A DNA stretch of 64,000 bases from an uncultured Actinomycetota bacterium (GTDB taxonomy: Bacteria > Actinomycetota > Actinomycetes > Mycobacteriales > Mycobacteriaceae): the NCBI GenBank assembly GCA_963734385.1, contig CAVTHR010000006.1:47910-111909 (forward strand). The letters run 5' to 3'. Positions 11,568 through 20,238 of this stretch are shown here, piece after piece. The position numbers and the translations under genes are program-made. The notes under the pieces were generated by a model. That model made no database searches. It saw only the letters and a program-made list of their open reading frames with translations, and was not told where the DNA came from. The first letter of the stretch is position 1; the number at the start of each line of letters is the position of its first letter.

Positions 11568-12377
11568 TCACGGGCCGACGACCGTCCCAAGATAGGTCTG
11601 GCTGAGCGCGGCATAGCTGCCGTCGTTCTGCGCGGTGGACAACCATTCGTTCACATAGTTCTGCCACTCGGTATCCGCCCGCGGTAATAGGTAGGCCTTC
11701 TGGTCGGACGTGAACGGGTCATCGACACCGATGCCGCACAGTTGCTGGTTCTGCTTCGTCTGGTAGCGAATCTCGCTGGTATCGGTGAACATAACGTCGG
11801 CAGCGCCAGAGGTCAGCTGTCCGAAGATGCTGTTGTTGTCGGGGTATTCCGATATCTGCGCGCTCTTGATGTGGCTGCGCGCGAATTCTGCGTTGGTGCC
11901 TCCCGGGTTTTCGACGATGCGAACACCCGGCTGGTCGATATCGGCCAATGTGCGGTATTTCTCCCTGTCGGTGCAACGAATGACGGCGGCCTTGCCGTCG
12001 TGCAGATACGGCGCGCTGAACAGTGCCTGCTGCGCTCGGGCGGCCGTGATGGTGATCCCGCCCATCGCCGCATCGCAGCGGGTGCCGATATCCGTCAGGA
12101 GGCTCGCCCAAGTAGTGGGCACAAATTCCAGTTCGGCTCCGAGGTGCTGCGCGAGATCGTGCGCCATATCGATGTCGAGGCCTTCCCAGTTTCCCTGGGC
12201 ATCGCGGAATGTGAACGGCCGGTAGTCACCTGTGCTGCACACCCTGATCACCTTGCTCGCCTCGATCTGGGGGAGCCGCGACCCTTCCGCGACCGACGTG
12301 GGCGGAACCATAACCGTCAGCCCCAAGCTGATCGCCGCTACGGCGAGCGCACGCCACACACCGACCACTCTAGGCAC
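11568..12377 (-). CDS. Secreted family-3 solute-binding-fold protein, cyclohexadienyl dehydratase (PheC)-like
   Basis: Signal peptide; STGDYRPF, GLDIDMA, MGGITIT, NPGGTN. Confidence 0.8.
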   Translation of the reverse strand: MPRVVGVWRALAVAAISLGLTVMVPPTSVAEGSRLPQIEASKVIRVCSTGDYRPFTFRDAQGNWEGLDIDMAHDLAQHLGAELEFVPTTWASLLTDIGTRCDAAMGGITITAARAQQALFSAPYLHDGKAAVIRCTDREKYRTLADIDQPGVRIVENPGGTNAEFARSHIKSAQISEYPDNNSIFGQLTSGAADVMFTDTSEIRYQTKQNQQLCGIGVDDPFTSDQKAYLLPRADTEWQNYVNEWLSTAQNDGSYAALSQTYLGTVVGP

Positions 12378-12403
12378 CTTACGGAACGTCGTTCCGAGGG
12401 CTG

Positions 12404-14152
12404 CTAGGCCGCCAGCTCCACGCTGTCGAGTGGGTGAAGCTCAGGGTTCGCCTCCGGATTGCTGGCCAGCGCGTCCAGAACCACTGACCACACCTGGGGA
12501 CTCAAGACCACGCCCAGATGACCGGCCGTAAGTCCGGGATACAGGTCCTGAATGACGATGTTGGTCACGTTGGGCCCGTCCAGCGCCTGCTGCGTGTAGG
12601 GCGTGACGATCTCGTCGTACCTCGTGGCAATCGTCGTGTACATGACACCGGGGCGGGTGTCGCCGTTGCCGTACACCTCTTGCTGGAATTCCGAACCCAC
12701 CGTCTGCTGGCCGAAGGCGGGCCCGAACACGTCCACGATGGCGAACAGCGCCGGGCCCAATACGGGTAGATCCCGCAGGCCGACCAGTCCGTTGAAATCG
12801 GTGCCGTGGTTACTCGGAGCTATGCCGATGACCTGCGACACCTTGTCGGCGCCATCGAGATTGTTGATGTAGTACGCGGGCAGGATCCCGCCGCCTTGCG
12901 AATGGCCGATGAGGATCACCTTTTTTGCACCCGTCTCTTTGAGGACTCGGTCGACTTCGGCTGCGAGCTCGTCGCCGGATTGCCTGATGTCGGCCGTCGC
13001 CTGGATCGGGGAGTTCGGGTTCTGCGTGATGTTGCCGTAGTTGAAGGTGTAGACCTTGTAGCCGGCGTTGGCGAGGACCGGCGCTCCGACAGACCAGTTG
13101 GTTCCCTGTGTCGCAGTCGTTCCGTTCAACAGAATGATCGGCAGGGGGTGCTCGGGGGTGACCTTGATCTTCGGGTCATTCGCGCCGGGTGGCGGCGGTC
13201 GCGGATTGAAGAAGGCCAGCCCGTCAAGGACCCCGTAGGTGACGGGGAACCGTCCCGGACTTGCCGCATCGAGCGGGGCGCCGATCATCGTCCTGCCCGC
13301 GGCCGCGGCGGTATTCGCCAGCGCGGTGGCAAGTGCGTAGGGCACGCCGAGGAAGTCGCCGGGTCCGAACGCGTTGGCGAAGGTGTTGGCGACGGTATAC
13401 ACCGCCGATGACGCCACGACGCCGACGTCGGAAACCAGCCCGACTACTTGCCGTCCGAGTTGTGGAACGTCGGTGGCGCCGATGCTGGATCTTGTGCTCG
13501 GCGCCGCGGGGTTGGCCGGCGCGATGTTCGCCGCCACAGGCTTCGGGTTCTGAGCCTGCACCGACCGTTGCGGCTCGAGCGCAAGCGCGCTTCGGTAGTT
13601 CGTCACGCCGCCCGCAGACGTCCGCTGCGGATCCGCGGAGACCGGCTTGGCCGGCTTTACCGCAGCGAGGGCCAAGTCGACTCGGCGGCCACGGTGTCGC
13701 ACTTGCTCGTCACGAGGCGCCGCATTTGCAACGGCTGTCGTGCTGTCGACATGCGCTGCCGTGTTGCCGGTTGCCTCGTCCGGGTCCTTCGGATCGGAAG
13801 CTGGCGTGCGGGGCGACGGTTTGGTGGTTCTTTTGGTCTTGACGCTGTTGGTCGTCTGATCCGGGCGTTCGAGGTGAAATAATCGGGCCGCCCGGTTGTG
13901 TAGGCCACCGGATCGCTTCGACGATTCGGACGTCGAGGCTTCAGTTGTGCCGGGCGGACCCGCGGGCTTTACGCCAGGCTTACCCTCCGAGGTGGATTCG
14001 CCACCCGAAGGCGGTGGACTGTCCGCACGGGCGATACCGCCGGCCGCCAGGACCGTCATCCACGTCGACAGCACGAACGCGGCGAGCGTCACTCGCAACC
14101 ACCAGTGAAGCGATGACCTACGACTTCTTGGTAGCCAATGACGCCTCGTCAT
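12404..14152 (-). CDS. Secreted lipase/esterase (lipase class 2-like) with long low-complexity N-terminal region
   Basis: Signal-like N-terminus; GHSQGG, YDEIVTPY, GHLG. Confidence 0.8.
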   Translation of the reverse strand: MTRRHWLPRSRRSSLHWWLRVTLAAFVLSTWMTVLAAGGIARADSPPPSGGESTSEGKPGVKPAGPPGTTEASTSESSKRSGGLHNRAARLFHLERPDQTTNSVKTKRTTKPSPRTPASDPKDPDEATGNTAAHVDSTTAVANAAPRDEQVRHRGRRVDLALAAVKPAKPVSADPQRTSAGGVTNYRSALALEPQRSVQAQNPKPVAANIAPANPAAPSTRSSIGATDVPQLGRQVVGLVSDVGVVASSAVYTVANTFANAFGPGDFLGVPYALATALANTAAAAGRTMIGAPLDAASPGRFPVTYGVLDGLAFFNPRPPPPGANDPKIKVTPEHPLPIILLNGTTATQGTNWSVGAPVLANAGYKVYTFNYGNITQNPNSPIQATADIRQSGDELAAEVDRVLKETGAKKVILIGHSQGGGILPAYYINNLDGADKVSQVIGIAPSNHGTDFNGLVGLRDLPVLGPALFAIVDVFGPAFGQQTVGSEFQQEVYGNGDTRPGVMYTTIATRYDEIVTPYTQQALDGPNVTNIVIQDLYPGLTAGHLGVVLSPQVWSVVLDALASNPEANPELHPLDSVELAA

Positions 14153-14260
14153 CTATCGCACCCCCCGGCCGTCGAGGTTTGCACTGTATCCAGCTGACAG
14201 CCGGCGTGGTTCGGATTTCGGCAAAGGTGATCGCGCAACGGTCTTGGTTAAGGTCTAGGC

Positions 14261-15742
14261 GTGACCGAAGCCTTTACCGAACGGTTCGCTGCAGGGTTGG
14301 CCGGCTACGGCGATGGGCCTTGTGTCGAGTTCGAGGGCCGCTGGTACTCGGGCAACGAGGTCACCGCGTACGGCCAAACAATTGCATCGATCTTGCGTGA
14401 AGGCGGGGTCGCCGACGACGCACCGGTCGGGTTGGTGGTCCGCAACCGGCTGCCGCACGCAGCGGCGATCATGGGCTTTCTCGCCGCCGGGCGTGCGGTG
14501 TCGATGATCTACTCGTTCCAGTCGCCCGAATCGATCGGCCGCGACATCGAGGTGCTTGGGCTGTCGGCGGTCGTCGCCGACGAAGAGGACTGGACGGACG
14601 AGGTCATCGCGGCTGCCAAACGTGCGGGCAGCGCGGGCGTCGCGATCTCGCTGTCCGAGCCGCTCGCCACCGCCGTGCCTGGACTCGAACGCCGCGACGA
14701 CACCCGCCGCCACGCCGCGGCGGAACCCGGTGTCGCGCTGCACATCCTGACCAGCGGCACCACCGGCCCGCCAAAGCGGCAGTCGATCAAGACGGCGGTG
14801 CTGGAACGCACCGTCTTCAGCGTCACCAGCGGAGAGGCCGCCCCGCCGGGCGCCCCGCCCGAATTCTCTTACTGGCAGTTCGGCGGCATCGGGGTCTGTC
14901 AGCTGATCGCCGGCGCCTACAACGGCAGGCGGATCGTCATCCTCGAGCGGTTCAGCGTCGACGGCTGGGTGAACGCGGTGAAGACGCACGGCATCAAACG
15001 CTCCGGCGTTCAGCCCGCGGTCATCCGCATGCTCCTCGATGCCGACGTCCCGAAGGAAGACCTGGCCTCACTGGACTTCCTGATCAGCGCCTCGGGTCCG
15101 CTCGACCCGGAGACCCGCGACGAGTTCGAGGCCCGCTTCGGCATTCCGGTCAAGTTGGCTTACGGCGCAACGGAATTCGCTGGCTCGCTCTGCGCGTGGA
15201 CTCCGGACATGGACCGTGAGTTCGGCGCGTCCAAACGCGACAGCGTCGGCAGGGCGCTGCCCGACACCGAGCTGCGCGTCGTCGACCCGGACACCGGAGC
15301 CGAATTGCCGCCAGGGGAACGGGGGCTGCTGGAAGCCAGGATCACCTCGATAAGCGGCGACTGGATTCGCACCACCGACATCGTGTCGGTCGATGAGGAC
15401 GGGTTCGTCACGCTGCATGGCAGGGCAGACGGCGCCATCAACCGCGGCGGGTTCAAGATCTTGCCAGAAACCGTTCGCCGCGTGCTGATTTCACATCCGG
15501 CCGTGCGGGATGCATGTGTGGTGGGGGTACCCGACGCACGGCTGGGCCAGGTGCCGTTCGCCGCCATCGAAGCCACGCCGGGCGAGCCGGTGCCGTCCGA
15601 GGACGAGCTCAAGGACCTGGTGCGCAGGACGCTGCCGGTCTACAACGTGCCGGTCGCGTTCGCCATCGTCGACGAACTGCCACGCAATCCGGCGCTGAAG
15701 GTGAGCCTGCCCGCCGTCGCCGCGCTCTACGAAGCGCGCTGA
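14261..15742 (+). CDS. Acyl-CoA synthetase (ANL adenylate-forming enzyme)
   Basis: LTSGTTGPPK, YGATE, RGGFKI, LPRNPALKV. Confidence 0.9.
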   Translation: MTEAFTERFAAGLAGYGDGPCVEFEGRWYSGNEVTAYGQTIASILREGGVADDAPVGLVVRNRLPHAAAIMGFLAAGRAVSMIYSFQSPESIGRDIEVLGLSAVVADEEDWTDEVIAAAKRAGSAGVAISLSEPLATAVPGLERRDDTRRHAAAEPGVALHILTSGTTGPPKRQSIKTAVLERTVFSVTSGEAAPPGAPPEFSYWQFGGIGVCQLIAGAYNGRRIVILERFSVDGWVNAVKTHGIKRSGVQPAVIRMLLDADVPKEDLASLDFLISASGPLDPETRDEFEARFGIPVKLAYGATEFAGSLCAWTPDMDREFGASKRDSVGRALPDTELRVVDPDTGAELPPGERGLLEARITSISGDWIRTTDIVSVDEDGFVTLHGRADGAINRGGFKILPETVRRVLISHPAVRDACVVGVPDARLGQVPFAAIEATPGEPVPSEDELKDLVRRTLPVYNVPVAFAIVDELPRNPALKVSLPAVAALYEAR

Positions 15743-16332
15743 AACAGGTAGTACCGCCCCGGGTCCTTGCCGCTGTGATCCATGGCCGGTTCACTGCCCG
15801 ACGACATCATGGTCCAGCCCGTCGTGAATCGCCGCTCGACCTCGTCAGGATCGATACCCGGTACGCCGTACGAGCCGCCGCGAATGAACTCGACCAGCAG
15901 CAGCCGCGCATCGGGCGCCGCGGCCGCCGTGACCTCCCGGACGTAGTCGTGGCGGTCTTCGTCGTTCATGCCGTGCAGACAGGCGTTGTCGACGATCAAA
16001 TCGAAGTTCGATCCGATGCCCTCCGAACAGAGCTCGGTGACATCGGCCTGCTCGAATCGGACATCGAGGCCGTTGGCTGCGGCCTTCGCCCGCGCCTTGT
16101 CGACCGCCTTGGCGACGAAGTCGACGCCGGTGACCTGCCAGCCGTGCTTGGCCAGATAGATGGCGTTGTCGCCGGTGCCACAGCCGATGTCGAGGGCTTT
16201 GCCCCCGCCCAACGGCGGCGTCGTGCCGTCGCCTTCGATCAGCCTGGTGAGGCTTTCCGGTAACGGGTGACCGTCCCACGGGACGAATCCGAACCGGTAC
16301 ATCGTCTTGTACAGCAGTTGACGTGATGCCAT
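15727..16332 (-). CDS. Class I SAM-dependent methyltransferase
   Basis: ALDIGCGTG, VTGVDF, FDLIVD; ATG overlaps the stop of the upstream gene (TGATG). Confidence 0.88.
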   Translation of the reverse strand: MASRQLLYKTMYRFGFVPWDGHPLPESLTRLIEGDGTTPPLGGGKALDIGCGTGDNAIYLAKHGWQVTGVDFVAKAVDKARAKAAANGLDVRFEQADVTELCSEGIGSNFDLIVDNACLHGMNDEDRHDYVREVTAAAAPDARLLLVEFIRGGSYGVPGIDPDEVERRFTTGWTMMSSGSEPAMDHSGKDPGRYYLFQRAS

Positions 16333-16757
16333 CACACCGATCCCAGGTCGGCTGACAGCCAATGCTCCGGCCGCATGTAGATGATCACACCCTCGCCGTG
16401 CTCGCGGCGGGCGAACTCCAGGTACCCGTCGACCGCTTCGGGGGGCAGGTAGCGCTTGACAAGCTCGACGAGCTGTTGGTCGGTGGGGGGCTCGATCCGG
16501 CTGACGACGCCGTCTACGGCGACATAGCGCACGGACGGCTCCACACGCTGCGCCATGAGCGTGAACTCGCCCTGCGTCTCGATCAGCCGGTGCTTGCGCG
16601 AGCCGGCTCCAGTGTGAATCCACGGCTCACCACCGGGGCTGTACTGGTACCAGATCGGCACGGTGAGCGGACCGCGCTTGTCGCCTGCGCTCACCGACAG
16701 TGCCGCGACGTGCGGCTCGGCCAGAAACTGTTCGCGTTCTTCCTTGGAAAGGGCCAT
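16332..16757 (-). CDS. Pyridoxamine 5'-phosphate oxidase-like split beta-barrel protein
   Basis: MALSKEEREQFLAEPHVAALSV, PLTVPIWY, PEHWLSADLG. Confidence 0.8.
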   Translation of the reverse strand: MALSKEEREQFLAEPHVAALSVSAGDKRGPLTVPIWYQYSPGGEPWIHTGAGSRKHRLIETQGEFTLMAQRVEPSVRYVAVDGVVSRIEPPTDQQLVELVKRYLPPEAVDGYLEFARREHGEGVIIYMRPEHWLSADLGSV

Positions 16758-16794
16758 GATCGCCAGGCTAGCCGCGTCCGTAAAGTGCAAGGTT

Positions 16795-17784
16795 ATGCGC
16801 TTTGGACTCTTCATTCCGCAAGGCTGGCGACTCGATCTGGTGGACATCCCCACCGAAAACCACTGGCAGGTGATGCGCGACCTGGCGACGTACGCCGACC
16901 AGACGGCGTGGGACTCGCTGTGGGTGTACGACCACTTCCACACTGTTCCGATGCCAACCGACGAGGCCACCCACGAGGCGTGGTCGCTGATGTCGGCCTA
17001 CGCCGCCACCACGTCGCGCATCAAGCTGGGCCAGATGTGTACGGCGATGAGCTACCGCAACCCGGTGTACCTGGCCAAGGTGGCGGCCACCGCGGACATC
17101 ATCTCCGGCGGTCGAGTCCAGATGGGCATCGGCGGCGGGTGGTATGAGCACGAGTGGAAGGCCTACGGTTACGGATTCCCGTCCGCCGGTGTGCGGCTGG
17201 CCCGGCTGGACGAGGGTGTGCAGATCATGCGCGACGCCTGGCGGGACGGGCGGGTCAGCTTCGACGGCAAGCACTACCAGGTCGACGACGCCATCGTCGC
17301 GCCAAAACCGTTGCAGGACGGCGGACCTCCGATGTGGATCGCGGGCGGCGGCGAGAAGGTGACGTTGAAGATCGCCGCCAAATACGCGCAGTACACCAAC
17401 TTCGCGTCCGAGCCCGACGTGTTCGCGCACAAATCGCAGGTACTGGCGGACCATTGCCGCGACGTCGGCACCGACTACGGCGCGATCGTCCGCTCATCCA
17501 ATTTCAACGCCGTCATCGGCGAATCCGAGGCCGACGTCGAGGACCGTATCGCGCGGATCCGGGAGAAGCAGGTCAAGGTTGCGAACGAGCGAGCGGTCGA
17601 CAACATGCTCAATACGGTGAAGTCGCCCGACTCGGCTACCGGCACACCCGAACAGGTCGTCGAAAAGCTGCAGCGGATGCGCGATCTCGGCTGCGAGTAC
17701 GCGATCCTCTACTTCCCCGAGGCGGCCTACGACCGCTCGGGGATCGAGCTGTTCGAGCAGAAGGTCATCCCGGCACTGAGTTAG
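16795..17784 (+). CDS. LLM-class (probably F420-dependent) oxidoreductase
   Basis: MRFGLFIPQGW, WVYDHFH, YRNP, GIGGGWYEHE, PKPLQ, IAGGGEK. Confidence 0.9.
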   Translation: MRFGLFIPQGWRLDLVDIPTENHWQVMRDLATYADQTAWDSLWVYDHFHTVPMPTDEATHEAWSLMSAYAATTSRIKLGQMCTAMSYRNPVYLAKVAATADIISGGRVQMGIGGGWYEHEWKAYGYGFPSAGVRLARLDEGVQIMRDAWRDGRVSFDGKHYQVDDAIVAPKPLQDGGPPMWIAGGGEKVTLKIAAKYAQYTNFASEPDVFAHKSQVLADHCRDVGTDYGAIVRSSNFNAVIGESEADVEDRIARIREKQVKVANERAVDNMLNTVKSPDSATGTPEQVVEKLQRMRDLGCEYAILYFPEAAYDRSGIELFEQKVIPALS

Positions 17785-18606
17785 CGCGTCCAGACGCCGC
17801 TCGCCGCGGCTTCACGCGCGTAATCCGAAAAGTCCCTCGGCTCGCGGCCCAGCGCACGCCGCACACCGTCGGCCAGTCGTGCCTTGCTGCCGAGGACTTC
17901 GGTGAACAAGTGGTTCAACAGCCAGATGAAGTCCTGCGGCAGACCGTGTTCCGCGAGCATCGCGGTGTACTCCTCGATCGGCACCGTCATGAAAGTGATG
18001 TCACGCCCTGCGGCCTTGCCGATCTCGGCCACCGCGTCGCGGAAGCTGAGCAGCCGCGGCCCCGTCAGCTCGTAGAGCTGGCCGACATGGCGGTCATCGG
18101 TCAGCGCCGCCACCACGACGTCGGCGATGTCGTCGACGTCCACGAACGGCTCCTGCACATCGTCGACGGGCAACGACACGGTGCCTGCCAGCACCTCGTC
18201 GAGCCAGGCGCCTTCGTCGAAGTTCTGCGCGAAGAAGGCGCACCGCACAATCGTCCACCGAAGACCGGAGGCCTTGACGACGTCCTCGGCCCGCTCGGCT
18301 TCGGTCTCGTTGCGCCCCGAGAGAAGAACCACGTGCCGCACGCCGGCCTCCTCGGCCAGCTCGATGACCGCACTGACGGCGTCGACCGAGCCCGGGACTG
18401 CGAGGTCCGGGTAGTAGGTGAGGTAGACCTTGTCGACGCCGGCCAGGGCGGGCGCCCACGTCCGGCGGTCTTCCCAGTCGAAGGGAACATCAGCCGTACG
18501 CGACCCGTGCCGAACGGGCACGCCCTGCGCTTCGAGTCGATCTGCGACGCGCTTTCCGGTTTTGCCGCTGCTGCCGATGACGAGAGTGGTGCTGTGTGTT
18601 GGTCAT
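17781..18606 (-). CDS. NmrA-like NAD(P)H-binding protein; indel near 18592
   Basis: TTLVIGSSGKTGKRVA Rossmann motif, FDWED, FFAQNF, YELTGP; the ATG at 18606 is one base out of frame. Confidence 0.85.
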
Positions 18607-18682
18607 GGTTCGACTCAACAGCCAATGACTGAGACGATCCATGGCCCAAACGCTTTATTGCATGTCCGATCGTCTGAAAGGA
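18570..18682 (+). repeat. Diverged direct repeat, copy A (NmrA 5' end plus upstream operator)
   Basis: Aligns by eye with 19401-19520. Confidence 0.85.
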
Positions 18683-18701
18683 CATGCCCCTCTGAGCTGG
18701 C

Positions 18702-19280
18702 CTACGCTGGCGGCAAGTTGTCGGCGTGGATCGGCGTCATCCCCGGTGGCGTGACCGGGGCGGGGGGCGGGTTGAAGTACTCCGGTGGTGGCGGCGGTCC
18801 GTTCAACGGGTAGTACCCGGGTGGCAGCGCCGGTCCGCCTTCGTATGAATGCGTCACGGGAGGCCCGCTGGACTCCGGGGCGGTCAGCGACGTGTACCCG
18901 GGCGGCAGCTGCGGCGCCGGACCGGCTCCCGGTGGCGGCGGGGCCCCTCCGGGCATCTGGTCAGGCGGCGTTTCGGCGAAATTGTAGGGGTCCTGGGCTT
19001 GGTGCCATGCGTCCCTGAGGAAACCCAACGGGCCATCCGATTGTCCCGATCCGTACTGCTGGTTCTGGATCTCCGGAACCGGCGGTGCGCCGATGGGTGG
19101 TGGTGCGGCGACCACGTCGCCGCCTGGAGCCTCAGGCACGAACTGACCTGGAGGAACGGGAACCTCCGGCCCTGGGGGCGGGGGCACCGGATCGGCAGTC
19201 GCGGGTGCCGCCAAGCCCAGCGCGCCGAAACCGATGAGCGCGCCTGCGGCGGCTGTGATGGCGATTCTCCGTCGTGTCAT
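18702..19280 (-). CDS. Proline-rich secreted hypothetical protein
   Basis: MTRRRIAITAAAGALIGFGALGLAAPATA signal peptide followed by DPVPPPP...; LPPGY occurs twice. Confidence 0.8.
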   Translation of the reverse strand: MTRRRIAITAAAGALIGFGALGLAAPATADPVPPPPGPEVPVPPGQFVPEAPGGDVVAAPPPIGAPPVPEIQNQQYGSGQSDGPLGFLRDAWHQAQDPYNFAETPPDQMPGGAPPPPGAGPAPQLPPGYTSLTAPESSGPPVTHSYEGGPALPPGYYPLNGPPPPPEYFNPPPAPVTPPGMTPIHADNLPPA

Positions 19281-19400
19281 GAGTGGCACGTGTGCTTCCT
19301 GCTCAGGCCCGCGAGGACTGCTGTCGACTCGTGACGAGGCTAGCGCTTCGCCCCGGCGCCCGCGCGGTCACCCGGTGAAGTCGATTCCCGTCTCTCCGAC

Positions 19401-19520
19401 GCTGCCGATGACGAGAATGGTGTTTTGTTGGTTGTGTTGGTCATGTCTCGAAGTCAACAGCCCCGCCTGAGACGCGTCACGGCCCAAATGCTCGAATACG
19501 TATTGGATCGTCTGGAAGGA
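19401..19520 (+). repeat. Diverged direct repeat, copy B (remnant NmrA start plus operator, upstream of cupin)
   Basis: Shares GCTGCCGATGACGAGA, TGTGTTGGTCATG, TCAACAGCC, CTGAGACG, GGCCCAAA, GATCGTCTG and AAGGA with copy A. Confidence 0.85.
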
Positions 19521-19530
19521 GACGCCGGCG

Positions 19531-19875
19531 ATGGAGAAGATCTCGCTCACCGCGCTCGCGCGGCAGCATCTGGAAAAGGCGCGCTCGGCGAGCAGTGGCC
19601 GTAGTGCGCACACTATCTATGGCGGCCACGAGCACGCGCTGCGCCAGACCCTGATGGCCATGACGGCAGGTAGCACGATGGACGATCACGAAAGCCCCGG
19701 CGAGTCCACACTGCAGGTGCTGCTGGGCAAGGTGCGGGTGACCAATTCATCGGCCGGCTGGGACGGGTCGCCCGGCGATCACATCATCCTGCCTCGCGTG
19801 CGGCACGGGCTGCACGCGGTGGAGGATTCGGTGGTCCTGCTGACGGTCGCGAAACCCGTTGGGCCGCACACCTAA
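19531..19875 (+). CDS. Cupin domain protein
   Basis: HESPGESTLQVLLG, HGLHAVEDS; AAGGAG RBS. Confidence 0.85.
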   Translation: MEKISLTALARQHLEKARSASSGRSAHTIYGGHEHALRQTLMAMTAGSTMDDHESPGESTLQVLLGKVRVTNSSAGWDGSPGDHIILPRVRHGLHAVEDSVVLLTVAKPVGPHT

Positions 19876-19893
19876 AGCGTCGATCCGCAACCG

Positions 19894-20238
19894 CTAGTGA
19901 CTCAGGATGTTGACGACGTTCCCTGTCGGATCCGCAAAGAAGAACCGCCGCACGCCCCACTCCTCGTCGCTGAGCGGATGCACGATCTGCAGGCCCGCGT
20001 CGAGTGCGGCTTGATACGCGACGTCGACATCGTCCACCTCGATCGACACCGTCGGGTTCACTGGCGCCGTCGCGTCCTTGGTCATCAGGCTGACCTGATG
20101 GCGGAGTTCGTCGTCGGCCAGCGTGACGATCCATCCATGGTTCATCACCTCGCGCAGCCCGAGAATCTGTCGGTACGCCACGACTGCCGCGTCCAGATCG
20201 GCCACTGTGATGATCGGCATCACCCGTGTGACGGTCAT
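19894..20238 (-). CDS. VOC/glyoxalase family protein
   Basis: VSIEVDDVD, EEWGVRRFFFADPTGNVVNI; ATGA overlap with the XPB stop. Confidence 0.88.
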   Translation of the reverse strand: MTVTRVMPIITVADLDAAVVAYRQILGLREVMNHGWIVTLADDELRHQVSLMTKDATAPVNPTVSIEVDDVDVAYQAALDAGLQIVHPLSDEEWGVRRFFFADPTGNVVNILSH

